This document shows, in pieces, positions 1-10,992 of a stretch of 64,000 bases of DNA. Origin of the DNA: Podarcis muralis. Taxonomy: Eukaryota. The notes under the pieces were generated by a model, which saw only the letters and a list, made by a program, of their open reading frames with translations, searched no databases and was not told the origin of the DNA. A program made the position numbers and the translations under genes. The stretch is from NCBI RefSeq assembly GCF_964188315.1, contig NC_135668.1:3782001-3846000 (forward strand), written 5' to 3'. Numbering within the stretch: position 1 is the first letter of the stretch; each line of letters opens with the position of its first letter.

Positions 1-110
1 GGCACAAACTGAATCCTCCTTCCATCGAGGACTGGTGGGCGGTCAGGAAATTTTACCACCAAGAAAGATGCATTAGTGGGCAGAAGGTATGAAAAGGTTG
101 ACTACCCCTG
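1..110. mobile_element. Right end of a hAT-type non-autonomous DNA transposon (truncated by window edge)
   Basis: Ends in AGGTTGACTACCCCTG, the reverse complement of a CAGGGG-type hAT TIR like those at 50452 and 54027. Confidence 0.5.
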
Positions 111-753
111 GCTTAGAGGGTTTTGTGGGGGGCAGGGTGGTTGCTGTTTTTGATATTTTTTGCATCTTTATCTTAGATCTTATTATGATTTCTATGGTAA
201 TTGTTTAATTTAGTTGTATAGTTTGTGATGCTTTGTTGTTTATGACTACTTTTGTTATTTGTTTGTAATTATGGTTTTTTCATGTGTAAGCCACCTTAAA
301 TATGGTTTTAAAAACTATGGAAAGGAAGCATACAAATAAAATTCTGTATAATTTATTCCAAATTATGCAAAGAATATCTGCAGAAGAAAAATGGTAGAGT
401 GCAAAATAATCTTTCCTCTGTGTTTTATCATACAGCAAGGAGCCACAGTTTATCACTGAAGAAAATCCACAATTCCCCCTCTGGTGCACCAAAAAAAATT
501 GTCTTGACATTCCATTGTTTTGGGATGCAGCCTGTCACAGTAATCCTACACATACTTATCTAGAAGTAGCCCCCATTGACAATGCAATTTACTTCTGAGT
601 AACTTGAGCTTACACAGAACTGCACTGGAAGGCAGCAATTCTATATGCTGAGTCTATTTTATGATATTATTGAGAGGTATTTTTTAACATATCACACTGT
701 GATTTTGATCATTATTATGGGAGAACAGCACGTATAATTTCCTAATTGAGATA

Positions 754-992
754 CAGTGGACCCTCGGGTTACGTTACCTTCGGGTAACGTAATTTTTGGG
801 TTGCGAACGCGTCCATCCCGGAAGTGTATACTTCCGGGTTTCACTGTGCGTGCATGCACATAAGCGCTCTGTGCGCATGAATGCTCTATCGAGCTGTGCA
901 TGTGCGCAGAAGCGGTGCCTCTAGATGCAGACTCTAGATGCAGATGTACGGACCCCCAGAACAAATTACGTTTGTATCCGGAGGGTCCACTG
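754..992. mobile_element. Tc1/mariner-type MITE
   Basis: TIRs CAGTGGACCCTC...GAGGGTCCACTG, flanked by TA on both sides (752-753, 993-994). Confidence 0.85.
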
Positions 993-1216
993 TAATTATA
1001 ACTACATGGAAATGGGGAGGCTATGCATAGAAATAGACAGAACACCACAGTAGCTATGATGGCTCTGTTTTACATCCACTAATGGAGGAGGTATAAAAGT
1101 TCATGGGGAGCACAAGCAGGGAAGGCAGGGGCCGTCGTTCTCACCTCTCCTTCTTGAGAATTTCCCATAATAGGCAACTGATCCTAGATTGCTAGACCAG
1201 GGTGACATTCACTATA

Positions 1217-1434
1217 CAGTGGTACCTCTGGTTACGTACTTAATTCGTTCTGGAGGTCTGTTCTTAACCTGAAACTGTTCTTAACCTGAAGCACCACTTT
1301 AGTTAATGGGGCCTCCTGCTGCTGCCGCTGCACTATTTCTGTTCTCATCCTGAAGCAAAATTCTTAACCCGAGGTACTATTTCTGGGTTAGCGGAGTCTG
1401 TAACCTGAAACGTCTGTAACCCAAGGTACCACTG
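1217..1434. mobile_element. Tc1/mariner-type MITE (CAGTGGTACCTC family)
   Basis: TIRs CAGTGGTACC...GGTACCACTG with TA TSD; reverse-complement copy of 4704-4918. Confidence 0.9.
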
Positions 1435-1438
1435 TATG

Positions 1439-1652
1439 TTTAAAGCACAAAGGTCATAGTTTCCCCCAAAGAATTCTGGGAGCTGTAGCTTGTTAAGTGA
1501 ATGAGAGCTTTTAAGAGACACCTTATTACTGTCCCATTACAACTCAGAGAATTTTAACTCTCTAAGGGAAATAGGGGCTTCCAAACAACTCTCAGCACCC
1601 TTAACAAACTACAGCTCCCAGAATTCTTTGGGGGAAGCCATGACTGTTTAAA
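1439..1652. mobile_element. Palindromic MITE-like element with long inverted arms
   Basis: Arms ...TTCCCCCAAAGAATTCTGGGAGCTGTAG... and ...CTACAGCTCCCAGAATTCTTTGGGGGAAG... are about 45-55 bp inverted repeats. Confidence 0.7.
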
Positions 1653-1802
1653 GAGGTCCCATGGCGATGGGCCTTTGGTCACCCAGCCGCCAGGCAGGTG
1701 CTTCTTACGTTCTTATACTGCGACTCTGTAATAACCATGCTATATTTAAATGTAGTTTTCTCCACCTCCTAGTTCTTTTTGTTATTATAACTATTTCTCA
1801 CA

Positions 1803-2005
1803 TTTATATCCCACTTTTCCAACAAGCAGCTCAGGGTGGCATAGCTAGTTCTCCCCCTCCTCGTTTAATCCCCACAGCAATCCTGTGAGGAAGGTTAGGC
1901 TAAGAGGCAGTGACTGACTCCAGGGCCACCCAGAGAGCTTCATGGCTGAGTGGGGATTTGAACCCTGGTCTCCCGGGTCCTAGTCCAACACTGTAACCAC
2001 CACAC
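1803..2005 (-). mobile_element. MIR-like (CORE) SINE
   Basis: CCTGTGAGGAAGGTTAGG...GCTTCATGGCTGAGTGGGGATTTGAACCCTGGTCTCC, the typical reverse-strand tRNA-derived B-box and core pattern of squamate MIR-like SINEs. Confidence 0.65.
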
Positions 2006-2559
2006 TTTTAAAATGCAACCAAATGCCTGGGGGCAGAAAGAGGCCCAAAATGGGCACCCAGAAGCTGTTAATGGTCAGCATCGGGAAAGCTTCAATGGGG
2101 AGACCCATACAGTACTGGTGGGTCGTCCCACAGTGAGTCAGGGGCTGAGCCAAGGTGGGCTGCAGCAGCAGCACTACCACTGTGCAAATCTATGGTAAAA
2201 GATTGAGAAATGGGTCCCCAGAAACATGTTTGGGTCCCAGGCGAGTGCTGGGTCTGAAAAGGTTGGCGATACTTGCTGCAGGTGGCCCAAGCGGGGCCAC
2301 CACTGAAAAGCGCCCCCCCCCCATATCGTCGTTGTAAATAGCTACACTAATGTATTTACTTAAATATGGGGCACAGAAGAACACCCTGAGGGCGCATACC
2401 TGGATGTCTGATTCACTGCAGGTAGGATAGTGCCTGTGAGGGTATGGCTGCCTACAAACCTATCTGGGAGTTAAGCCCTCCATGAAGGCAACAGGTAAAC
2501 CTGCAAAGGAAGGCTGTTGCTAAAATGTTTTAAAGGGAACACAGACAGAGAGACTTTCA

Positions 2560-3060
2560 GGCTACATATCCCACCCGCTTGGAGGAGCGGGCTCTGCTTC
2601 CTCAACGCTGAGAGGAGAAAAGCACTCTGCACACGCCCAGAGATGCTCTTCCCTGACTGCGTCCCACAGCGCCGTAGCGAACGACTGCAGGAAGTGAGGG
2701 TCCCCCGCCCTCTTCCCTTCGGACCCTCGTGCCCCGAATGTGGACGGCGGCGGCGCCTGACCGAGGAGGGAAAAGGAGGGCGGGAGACCCAAGCCGCGCA
2801 CTCACCAGGCGAGGAGGTTCCCGCTCGCCGCCATCTCGCGCCTTCGGCGGCCGCTCCGCCCGGCCTGGAGTTGGAGAGGGCAGCAAGGCCTGGAAGAGGC
2901 GACTGCATTCCCACAGCAGAGCCTCGGTGAGCATCGCTAGGAACCGCCCCTGCTTCTCGGTATTACCCAACCAGCGCGGCCGATCTCCCCGCGAGGCATT
3001 CACGTGGTAGCGAATCAGCCAACCGGAGTGCGAGACGTAGAAGGAGCTTAGGATCCATTT
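2560..3060 (-). promoter_or_regulatory. CpG island / promoter of the gene downstream of RORA (probably ICE2)
   Basis: Only large CpG-dense stretch not explained by a repeat; YY1-like CGCCATCT over the ATG (2829-2836), CACGTG E-box at 3001-3006, first-exon donor at 2805-2804. Confidence 0.8.
2806..2834 (-). CDS. ICE2: First coding exon (MAASGNLLA-W, phase 2), probably ICE2/NARG2 (little elongation complex subunit)
   Basis: GAGATGGCGGCG start in strong context followed by CTG/GTGAGT donor inside the CpG island. Identity rests on RORA-ICE2-ANXA2 tail-to-head synteny and a split Trp codon resembling the human N-terminus as I recall it (...GLNW-DISPK); only 29 coding nt are visible. Confidence 0.6.
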
Positions 3061-3591
3061 TGGGTGTGGGCAAGCGAGTTTCTCTCAGCCTTTTCGTGAT
3101 TTTTATACCTGATATAAAGGGGGAGGGGAAATAAACGCTTCAGGAGGAGCTCGGCTGAGGGAAACGGCTTCCTTAGTATTTCTTTATCTTCAACTTTTTC
3201 CCGTTAGGCTTTACTGCCCTCCGCCAGCTTTTATGCTGGAAACTCCAATATTAAAAATAAAAACCTAAGCTGTGGAATAACGCCAGTGCTAGCGAAACAG
3301 GTGAAAAACTAAAGTAAATATTGTATGTTAATGTAAGATATTTTAATGTTTTAGAACGTTTACTAAATATTTGTGGAAACTGTATTAATTTAAAAACACT
3401 TTAGCTTATCTTTATGCAATAATGATAATAGACTGCCCTTTATCCTGGGCACACACAGTACAAGAATAAGCATTTGAAAATGGCCACTAATATAATTATG
3501 TGGCAAAAAGTTGGCAAAGTACATCCAAAGTCGTAGAAAATTAAAAAAAAAAGAAAAGACTAGGGCTTGGTGTTTGAATATGTGAAGTGAT

Positions 3592-3680
3592 TATAAAAAT
3601 ATTTGTTTCATTTATTCCTCTTTTTAAATTTACGTATAAAAATATCATTTGTTTCATTTATTCCTCTTTTTAAATTTACG
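3592..3680. repeat. Tandem duplication of about 43-46 bp
   Basis: TATAAAAATAT(+3 nt)TTGTTTCATTTATTCCTCTTTTTAAATTTACG occurs twice head-to-tail. Confidence 0.9.
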
Positions 3681-3899
3681 TTTATTTCTTAAATTTCTAT
3701 ATACTGCACCATGGGGCACTAATAACAAAGCGCTAATATAATCATAAGAACATCACATTACACGACCCATACATTTGGTGAAATAGCATGGCTGTTTGGA
3801 AATAGTTAACCATGATTTCCAAATTTGGATGTCATAACAGGAAACTATAATTAATTGTCTTTCTGCTCTGTTTCTTTACACAAAGGGGAACAAGTGCAA

Positions 3900-4032
3900 G
3901 TGACAGAGCAAGCAGGAGACTCTGAATCTCAGGGTTGTGGGCTTGAACCCCATATGGGGTGAAAGATGTAGGGTGTTGCAGGGGTTGGACTAGATGACCC
4001 TCGGGATCCCTTCCAACTCTACAATTCTGTGA
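3900..4032 (+). mobile_element. tRNA-derived SINE with CR1-type 3' tail (degenerate)
   Basis: GACTCTGAATCTCAGGGTTGTGGGCTTGAACCCC tRNA-like head plus GGGGTTGGACTAGATGACCC...CCCTTCCAACTCTACAATTCTGTGA CR1 tail. Confidence 0.7.
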
Positions 4033-4703
4033 CCTAAGTGCAAAAAGCTGGTTAATCTGTCAGTTTACAAAGTTCTCCTTAAAAATATTATTAATCTGAT
4101 AGCTGATATTCATGTTTAATACACATATTGATAAACTGCTACACTTGTGGGCTGTACCGTTATAGTCTCTTCAGAAGAGCAAAACTCAGCTAAAGAGCAA
4201 AGAACTTTCATTGGGTTTTAGTCAATGTTAGTCTCGGACCCACCAAGTGTCCCTATTTTTCAGGGATAGTCCCGGATTTACAGAAGCCATCCAAGTTTCT
4301 GTTTTGGTCCTGGAATGTCCTGCTTTTCCTTAGAACGTCCCTATTTTTATTGTAGAAGTGTTGGCAGTTAGGGAATTATCCAACCCCTGAGCCACCTGAA
4401 GGCAACACTCTATAGGGAAGTTTTTTTAAATGTTTAATGTTTTATATACCGTATGTTTGAATCCACCCGGAGTGGCTGGGGCAACCCAGTCAAATGTGTG
4501 GGGTGTAGTAATAATAATAATAATCCCATAACTAACATTTCTCCAATGAATTCTTTTTTTAAAAATGAATACAACATCCCTATTTTCATTGGAGAAATGT
4601 TGGAAGGTATATAGTCTGGCTCAGAGCAGACCCATTGAAATTAATGTTGAGTGGGACTAACATTGACTACAACCCTTAATATTTTGAAAATGAAGTGTAT
4701 GTA

Positions 4704-4918
4704 CAGTGGTACCTCGGGTTACATACGCTTCAGGTTACAGACTCCGCTAACCCAGAAATAGTACCTCGGGTTAAGAACTTTGCTTCAGGATGAGAACAGA
4801 AATTGTGCTCCAGTGGCGTGAGGCCCCATTAGCTAAAGTGGAGCTTCAGGTTAAGAACAGTTTCAGGTTAAGAACGGACCTCCGGAACGAATTAAGTACT
4901 TAACCTGAGGTACCACTG
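4704..4918. mobile_element. Tc1/mariner-type MITE (CAGTGGTACCTC family)
   Basis: TIRs CAGTGGTACCTC...GAGGTACCACTG, TA TSD. Confidence 0.9.
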
Positions 4919-5002
4919 TAGTAAAGTATGGCATAAATATATGTTTCCCTTTATATCTGAATTCATATTCTATTAATACAGGTGATCTATAACTAATAGA
5001 TC

Positions 5003-5364
5003 GGACGCGGGTGGCGCTGTGGGTTAAAGCCTCAGCACCTAGGACTTGCCGATCGAAAGGTCGGCGGTTCGAATCCCCGTGGCGGGGTGCGCTCCCGTCG
5101 CTCGGTCCCAGCGCCTGCCAACCTAGCAGTTCGAAAGCACCCTTAAGTGCAAGTAGATAAATAGGGACCGCTTTCTAGCGGGAAGGTAAACGGCGTTCCG
5201 TGTGCTGCGCTGGCTCGCCAGATGCAGCTTGTCACACTGGCCACGTGACCCGGAAGTGTCTGTGGACAGCGCTGGCTCCCGGCCTATAGAGTGAGATGAG
5301 CGCACAACCCTAGAGTCTCTCAAGACTGGCCCGTACGGGCAGGGGTACCTTTACCTTTACCTTT
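5003..5364 (+). mobile_element. Full-length Sauria SINE
   Basis: A box TGGCGCTGTGG, B box GGTTCGAATCC (5066-5076), tail (ACCTTT)n, probable TSD TATAACTAAT (4988-4997 / 5365-5374). Confidence 0.9.
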
Positions 5365-5870
5365 TATAACTAATTTTGTACAGAACACAAAGGATTTGGA
5401 ATGGTACTGTGAATGTCACTAAGCCTTATGGAAATGTTCCTTTAGTAAGAGGCAAGACAAAGAAGGGGAGGGGATGGCAGGAGAAAGGGAGTAGAAGGAT
5501 CCCTAAAGAATCCTCAGGAAAGTTCAGCACACCTGGATCAAATCACATCATTGTATGTTATTTCTTTTATAGGGCTCAAAGATGGACCTACTCATCTTAG
5601 GGATCTGTGAACGAGGTGGATGACTTTCACTGGGAACTGGACAAGGAGTGTGTCCCTGTTGGTTCCGCTGGACTTCTCAGCAGCTTTCGATACTACTGAC
5701 CATTGTATCCTTCTTTGGAACTCCCTCCCTAGAGAAGCTAAACTGTGTCCCACCTTGTCCTTCCACCAGCAGGCGAAAACCTTTTTTTAAAAAAGTTTTT
5801 TATTAAAGATTTTCTTGGATTACAAAAGTATATACATTGTCTCTACTTTCAGATCACAGAGTCCTTTGTA

Positions 5871-6131
5871 CAGTGGATGCTCAGGTTGCGAACGTGATCT
5901 GTGCAGGAGGCATGTTCGCAACCCATAGTGTTCGCAACCCACAGCGCCATGTCTGCACATGCGCGGGTCACGATTTGGCGCTTCTGCACATGCGCAAAGT
6001 GCAATTTGGTGCTTCTGCACATGCACGAGCGCCGAAACCTGGAAGTAACGCATTCCGGTACTTCTGGGTTCAGGGTGGTGCGCAACCTGAAAATGCGCAA
6101 CCTGAAGCGTCTGTTACCCGAGGTATGACTG
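5871..6131. mobile_element. Tc1/mariner-type MITE
   Basis: TA-CAGTGGATGCTC...GAGGTATGACTG-TA; internal TGCGCA-rich segment related to 754-992. Confidence 0.8.
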
Positions 6132-6261
6132 TACAGTCCAGGTTTTTTTTCAGCAGGCTTTTGGGAACTGACAGCTTTCAATGAAAGTGGCTGGTGCCAT
6201 GCTGTTTTTCTTGTAATTGTCTGTAGTTTTTTTAATATATAGTTAATATATAGTTTAAAAA

Positions 6262-6382
6262 AGGGGACAACAGAGGACGAGATGAGTTTGACCAAACTGC
6301 GGGAGGCAGTGGAAGACAGGAGTGCCTGGCGTGCTGTGGTCCATGGGGTCACAAAGAGTCGGACACGACTAAACAACAACAA
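6262..6382 (+). mobile_element. BovB (RTE-clade LINE) 3' terminal fragment
   Basis: GTGCTGTGGTCCATGGGGTCACAAAGAGTCGGACACGACT plus (AAC)n tail is the characteristic BovB 3' end. Confidence 0.85.
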
Positions 6383-9300
6383 AAACAGTAGACAGACTGA
6401 CTGGAAGAAGGCAAGGCCAAATCAGTGAAGCAAAGACAAAGCAGGTAGCCTCTTGTTGGTAGGTGCCTGTTTTCTAATCTAAGCAATTTTCTTGGGGCAC
6501 CCTGGCCTGCACACTATTTAGGGATTACTGCTCTTGTTTTTTAGATCCTAACCCTGAGGGCAGGGTCCACTCACCACAGACCAGTAACACTTAATGCACT
6601 TGAAGTGAAAAATGAATGGGACCAAGTTTTCCATTAGAAGCTGAAGTTTTATTACAGGAGAGCAGTACATAAAGCACATCTAAAATTGATGTGTTCAATG
6701 CACTTAATAAAGGTAATGTCATATTAAAGGTACAGGTTCTAAGTACAATATAACAACATTCATATTAGAATGAAAATCAAGAGTATTTAAAAGACAACAT
6801 TAAATCTCTTATTTTTACATTTGTATTTACAAAATGAGTCAAAATACTTCGTTCAATATCAGAATAAAATAAACTTGAGTCTAAGCTGACAAGTGTAAGA
6901 GTGAGCTCTAAAGAAGATCTGATAGAAGTGAAAAAGTTGGTGATAACGGGGAAGATATAATTAGTGAAGTTTTATTACAGTATTACTTTTAATATTCCTC
7001 TCAATGGCTTATGCTTTTATCATAGCTAGAAAATGAATTTGTACATACTGTACACATAAGACAACACATTTTTGCATGTACAGTACAGATTCATGATAAT
7101 TTGTAGTTATTTACAGAAGACTGAGTGTGTTACTCAGTGAGGTTGGTGATGTTTATGTGCTTAATCCTCAAACCAATACATATTTATAATCAGCATTTAT
7201 TTTTATTCTTCAGACATTTAATTACACAAGAAACATTACTCACACAAACTTGCATAATTTATAAAACAATGAAGCCCAAACAATTAGGGAAAACATTACT
7301 GGTATAAAGTATGTGACACTCATATTAGACAAATCAGGAGATTCTCTGTTTAAGAGGTGAATTGTATCAATAAGGGACTAGAAAATAATCATGGACTTGC
7401 ATTTTTAAAGAAGATTGTAGCTTTTCTTTTAAAAAAATCAAATCAATTGTCCTGAAAATGTTTGTATTTAAAATTTCTATTCCTTAAAATATAGCCAGGG
7501 TGCCGATAAATACATTTGTATTTATTTCCAGAATAATGGTTTGTTTGCTAAATCAAAATACAGAAGCAGTGCATGGAACCAGGACGTGTGGCTTTAATAT
7601 TAACTATCCTCTATTATTAAAAAGTGCGGTAAACAAACAGCTTCTTAGATTTCTCAATTATTTTTTTTACTAAAGATCTTACAGCTTCAGTAATAGTACA
7701 GAAAAGAGTTGTAATAAATACTTTAAAGGTCAGTTGTTCCCCATTTTAGATATTTGATATCCATTAGGTTTTTGCAAAAGATGATACTAGTAATGAATAA
7801 CAGGACTTGAATTCTAGCTGAAATAGCCTGATTATTAAGCACTTTTTTTTAAAGTTACTATTCTACTGTTGCAGTACTTTATGGTGCCAAATTCTGCTCA
7901 GAATTAGGCTGTGCAATTTGTGGTGCCATTGGGAACCACACGTGCATATTCCAGTTTACTCTTTGGCTATAATTTTCTTAATTTATAGCAAATTTCTAGT
8001 CAACAGAGAAATACACATTCCCAAGCAAATGTGCATATGATTGCACCATTAGTATGACCATTGCTTAAGTTTCTCAAGCTTTAAAAACTGAGACCAAACC
8101 TCTTTTGGCTGTGTGTCTGTTTTGTTGTATTAATGGTATTACTGCACATTGTGGAAATTCTTTATTGCATATACTGATAATTATAGGCAAGGATGGGCCA
8201 GCCCTTAGATGTGTTGGCATCCAAGTGTGCAGTGGAAGCCCAGGATTGCAGAACCAGCCTGCGGCATCATAGGCCACATTTCCATTGGCAATCCATTGGC
8301 CCATGCTTGTAGTGTTGTGAGGTTAAAATAATCCACAAAAGCTGGGGCAGCCAAGAGAACATAACACAGTGTAGCCATGCTAACTGTTGTACTGGCGCAA
8401 TCAAGGGCAACACAGAATTGGAAATATAGACATTCTAACCTTATTGAAATGACAAGTTTATTTTACTTTTTTCAGTGAAATGACAAGTTTTTACCGTCTT
8501 TGATAATAACTACTGATAACACAGTAGTAACTAGAGTTTTTTGTATACTCCTTGGCAATGATGATTCTTGTTCAGGCAGTTGTCAATCCCTGCACAACTG
8601 CTTGTGGGAGTGTAGGGGGTCACCTGTGGGCTAACATGGAGTCAGTAATTGTATTAAATCCATCATTGATATAGGGGCATATATACACAGCTGTTGTAAT
8701 ACACAGCTGTGGCAACATATATGACCCATTTATATGCACCAGTTCATACAATCAATACCTTCTGGCAGTCCCAGGTGTAATATTATTGGGCCCATCAAGT
8801 GTCTGAACCCAAACATAAGGGTTCATTGTTGTGGATTGCACCTAGTGTTACTCTAATTTGTACTTTTCTCTCCCAAGTCCTTGAATCAAGACAGAACCAA
8901 CTTTTCACATGAATTCTCCTGGGGGCTCCACTTCTCCCCCTCCCAATAGAATATAACTGTACCCATATGGTAGCCCTCCCCAAATAATTGCAGGGATGCT
9001 GAATTGCACCACTGAAGAATTTAGAATGTTCTGTGGGGGAGAAAGGCCTACTTTTTAGTACTTTACACATTAAAGAGAAAAGTAGTTTGATACACAAAAC
9101 TGAAACCACTGGGTTCTCCTTGACATACTCTGTTTCAGAACTAGAGTGCCATAGGATAACCAAAGTGTGTTGCGGTTGCAAAGTAGATGAGAGAAAGAAG
9201 AATCAGTGTAGGATATCAAATATCATTACTGAGGGGTTATTTTTTTCCTGATTAAATATGCTAGAGAGAACTTTATAGAATGATACTATATATTCAGAGA

Positions 9301-10986
9301 GAACATGTCCCCAGTCTAGGTACTCTGATACAGGTACTTGATTGGGCATGTGTGTAAATGTATATAAGGTATATACACATGCACACATAGATATTCAGTG
9401 AAATAGTACAAGACCCAAATGTGGTATTGCCTAGGAGTAAAACGGGAAAGGGAGATTTGTTCATAAAATTAACTTATCTAGCACCACACATCAGAAAAAC
9501 ACAAAAATAGCACACTCTAGTTCTAAACAGCTATTTCTAAAATAGAGTATATAGTAAAACAGATATTATACAGCGTAATGTGGTATTTGATAAACAGATA
9601 AATATTTGCACCGCATAGGCTTTTAAAGTAGTATATTTTATCTATAGAGAATGAAAGCAAAATAGTTATAACCATACAAAAGGTGAGCAGAACAACATTG
9701 AAGAGTATGACTCAGAAGCTGAGACAAAGATGACATAAGAATTAGAGCAAGAGAAAATGTGTACAGGCCATTACAAGTCCTTAAATTAGTAGTAAAACAA
9801 GGAGTTGGTTGATCAAGTTTAAGAAAGCAGTAAACAAGATATTTGCATTTACATGCAGATGTCTAAAATTTGTATTTCTTTTAAATCTATGCACAAAAAG
9901 TCATTGTTTTTATTGCTCAACATTCAGTTATGGCTAGAAGTTTTTTTTTTAACCTTTATTTTGTACTTTGGAAACAAGTATATTGTTAAAGGTGCCATAA
10001 AATGGATAGCACTGAGAAAAGTTTGCAAATAAACCACCTAACACTGCAGTTCTTCTTACATTATTAAAAGCCTTGTCTGGGGTTTGTCATATGTTAAATA
10101 TATTTAAACTGGGAAAATACATAATAGCTTGAAGCCTCCCATTTGGCTCAAACATCCATACAAAAACACATCTCCGAAAAAGGAGCAGGCAGACAATACA
10201 ATTACATATAAAGAAGCAGCCAGTTAATGTCCTAATAGTCAAAAGAGTTACCACGGGGGCTTTTTTTTTTTTACAAATTTGTTGAGTCAAAATAGAAAAT
10301 TTTGGAGTTAGGAAAATATATATACAGTACCTCTGTGGTTTGTGAAATAAAATTCACTATATTGCTTATGAATTTTCTGCATTTCAGTACGAGAATAGCA
10401 AACAGATTGCAGGGTCCTGTACATTTATGCATCTTCAGTAAAACTTTCTAAGGAGTATGGGAAACTTCAAGTGTGCAAAGTAAACACATGCACAAAATAA
10501 GGATGTGGCATAAAGCATTCTATGTGCTCAATTCTTTTTCCCCTTTTAAAAGAAGTATTCTTAAGCGGCAACGGGATGAATAGTAAAGATAAGGTGAATG
10601 CCACAGCAGTAAAAAATAAAAATTGAATGACAAATAATGATTCTTGGCTTTCAGATTCACAATGCTTCAATGCACAGGAGCTAAAATTTTATATTTGGAT
10701 TAAGTTTATTTATTGCTCTGAAGAGGAACTATTATGCCCTGCTACCAATAAATGTGAAAATCTAATTGACACATTTATATACATAAAGCAATGTAAAACA
10801 ACATCTTCCTTTATTCCTAGATCTCTGTATATCCAAATAGTTAGAAAAGTAGACAAACAAACTAGTTTCAACATGACAAATTTTAAATGTGACACCTGCA
10901 CATTCCTCTAAGAATTCGCAGTATAGTAGTGAATTATCACAATACAATGGAACCAGAATTAGCATGTGAAAATATGTTCTCAAATC

Positions 10987-10992
10987 TTTATT
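10987..10992 (-). terminator. Candidate RORA polyadenylation signal AATAAA
   Basis: TTTATT on plus; downstream on the minus strand lies a U/GU-rich tract (TTCCATTGTATTGTG); about 9.1 kb from the stop. Confidence 0.4.

Noticed and set aside
280-540. ORF 280-510 or nearby sequence as ICE2 exon 2
   Set aside because: No frame resembles the expected DISPKNGL-type continuation; the flanks are repeat-derived, so exon 2 probably lies left of the window
692-1048. 118-aa ORF (and similar ORFs at 5837-6382)
   Set aside because: They span mariner MITEs or the BovB tail; no transposase motifs
2471-3010. Several overlapping 79-147 aa ORFs
   Set aside because: Typical stop-poor GC-rich CpG island; low-complexity translations with no domain
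5003-5100. tRNA-like heads (also 3900-3960, 31400-31487, 52027-52148) as tRNA genes
   Set aside because: They are SINE 5' regions with A and B boxes, lacking a complete cloverleaf and continuing into LINE-derived tails
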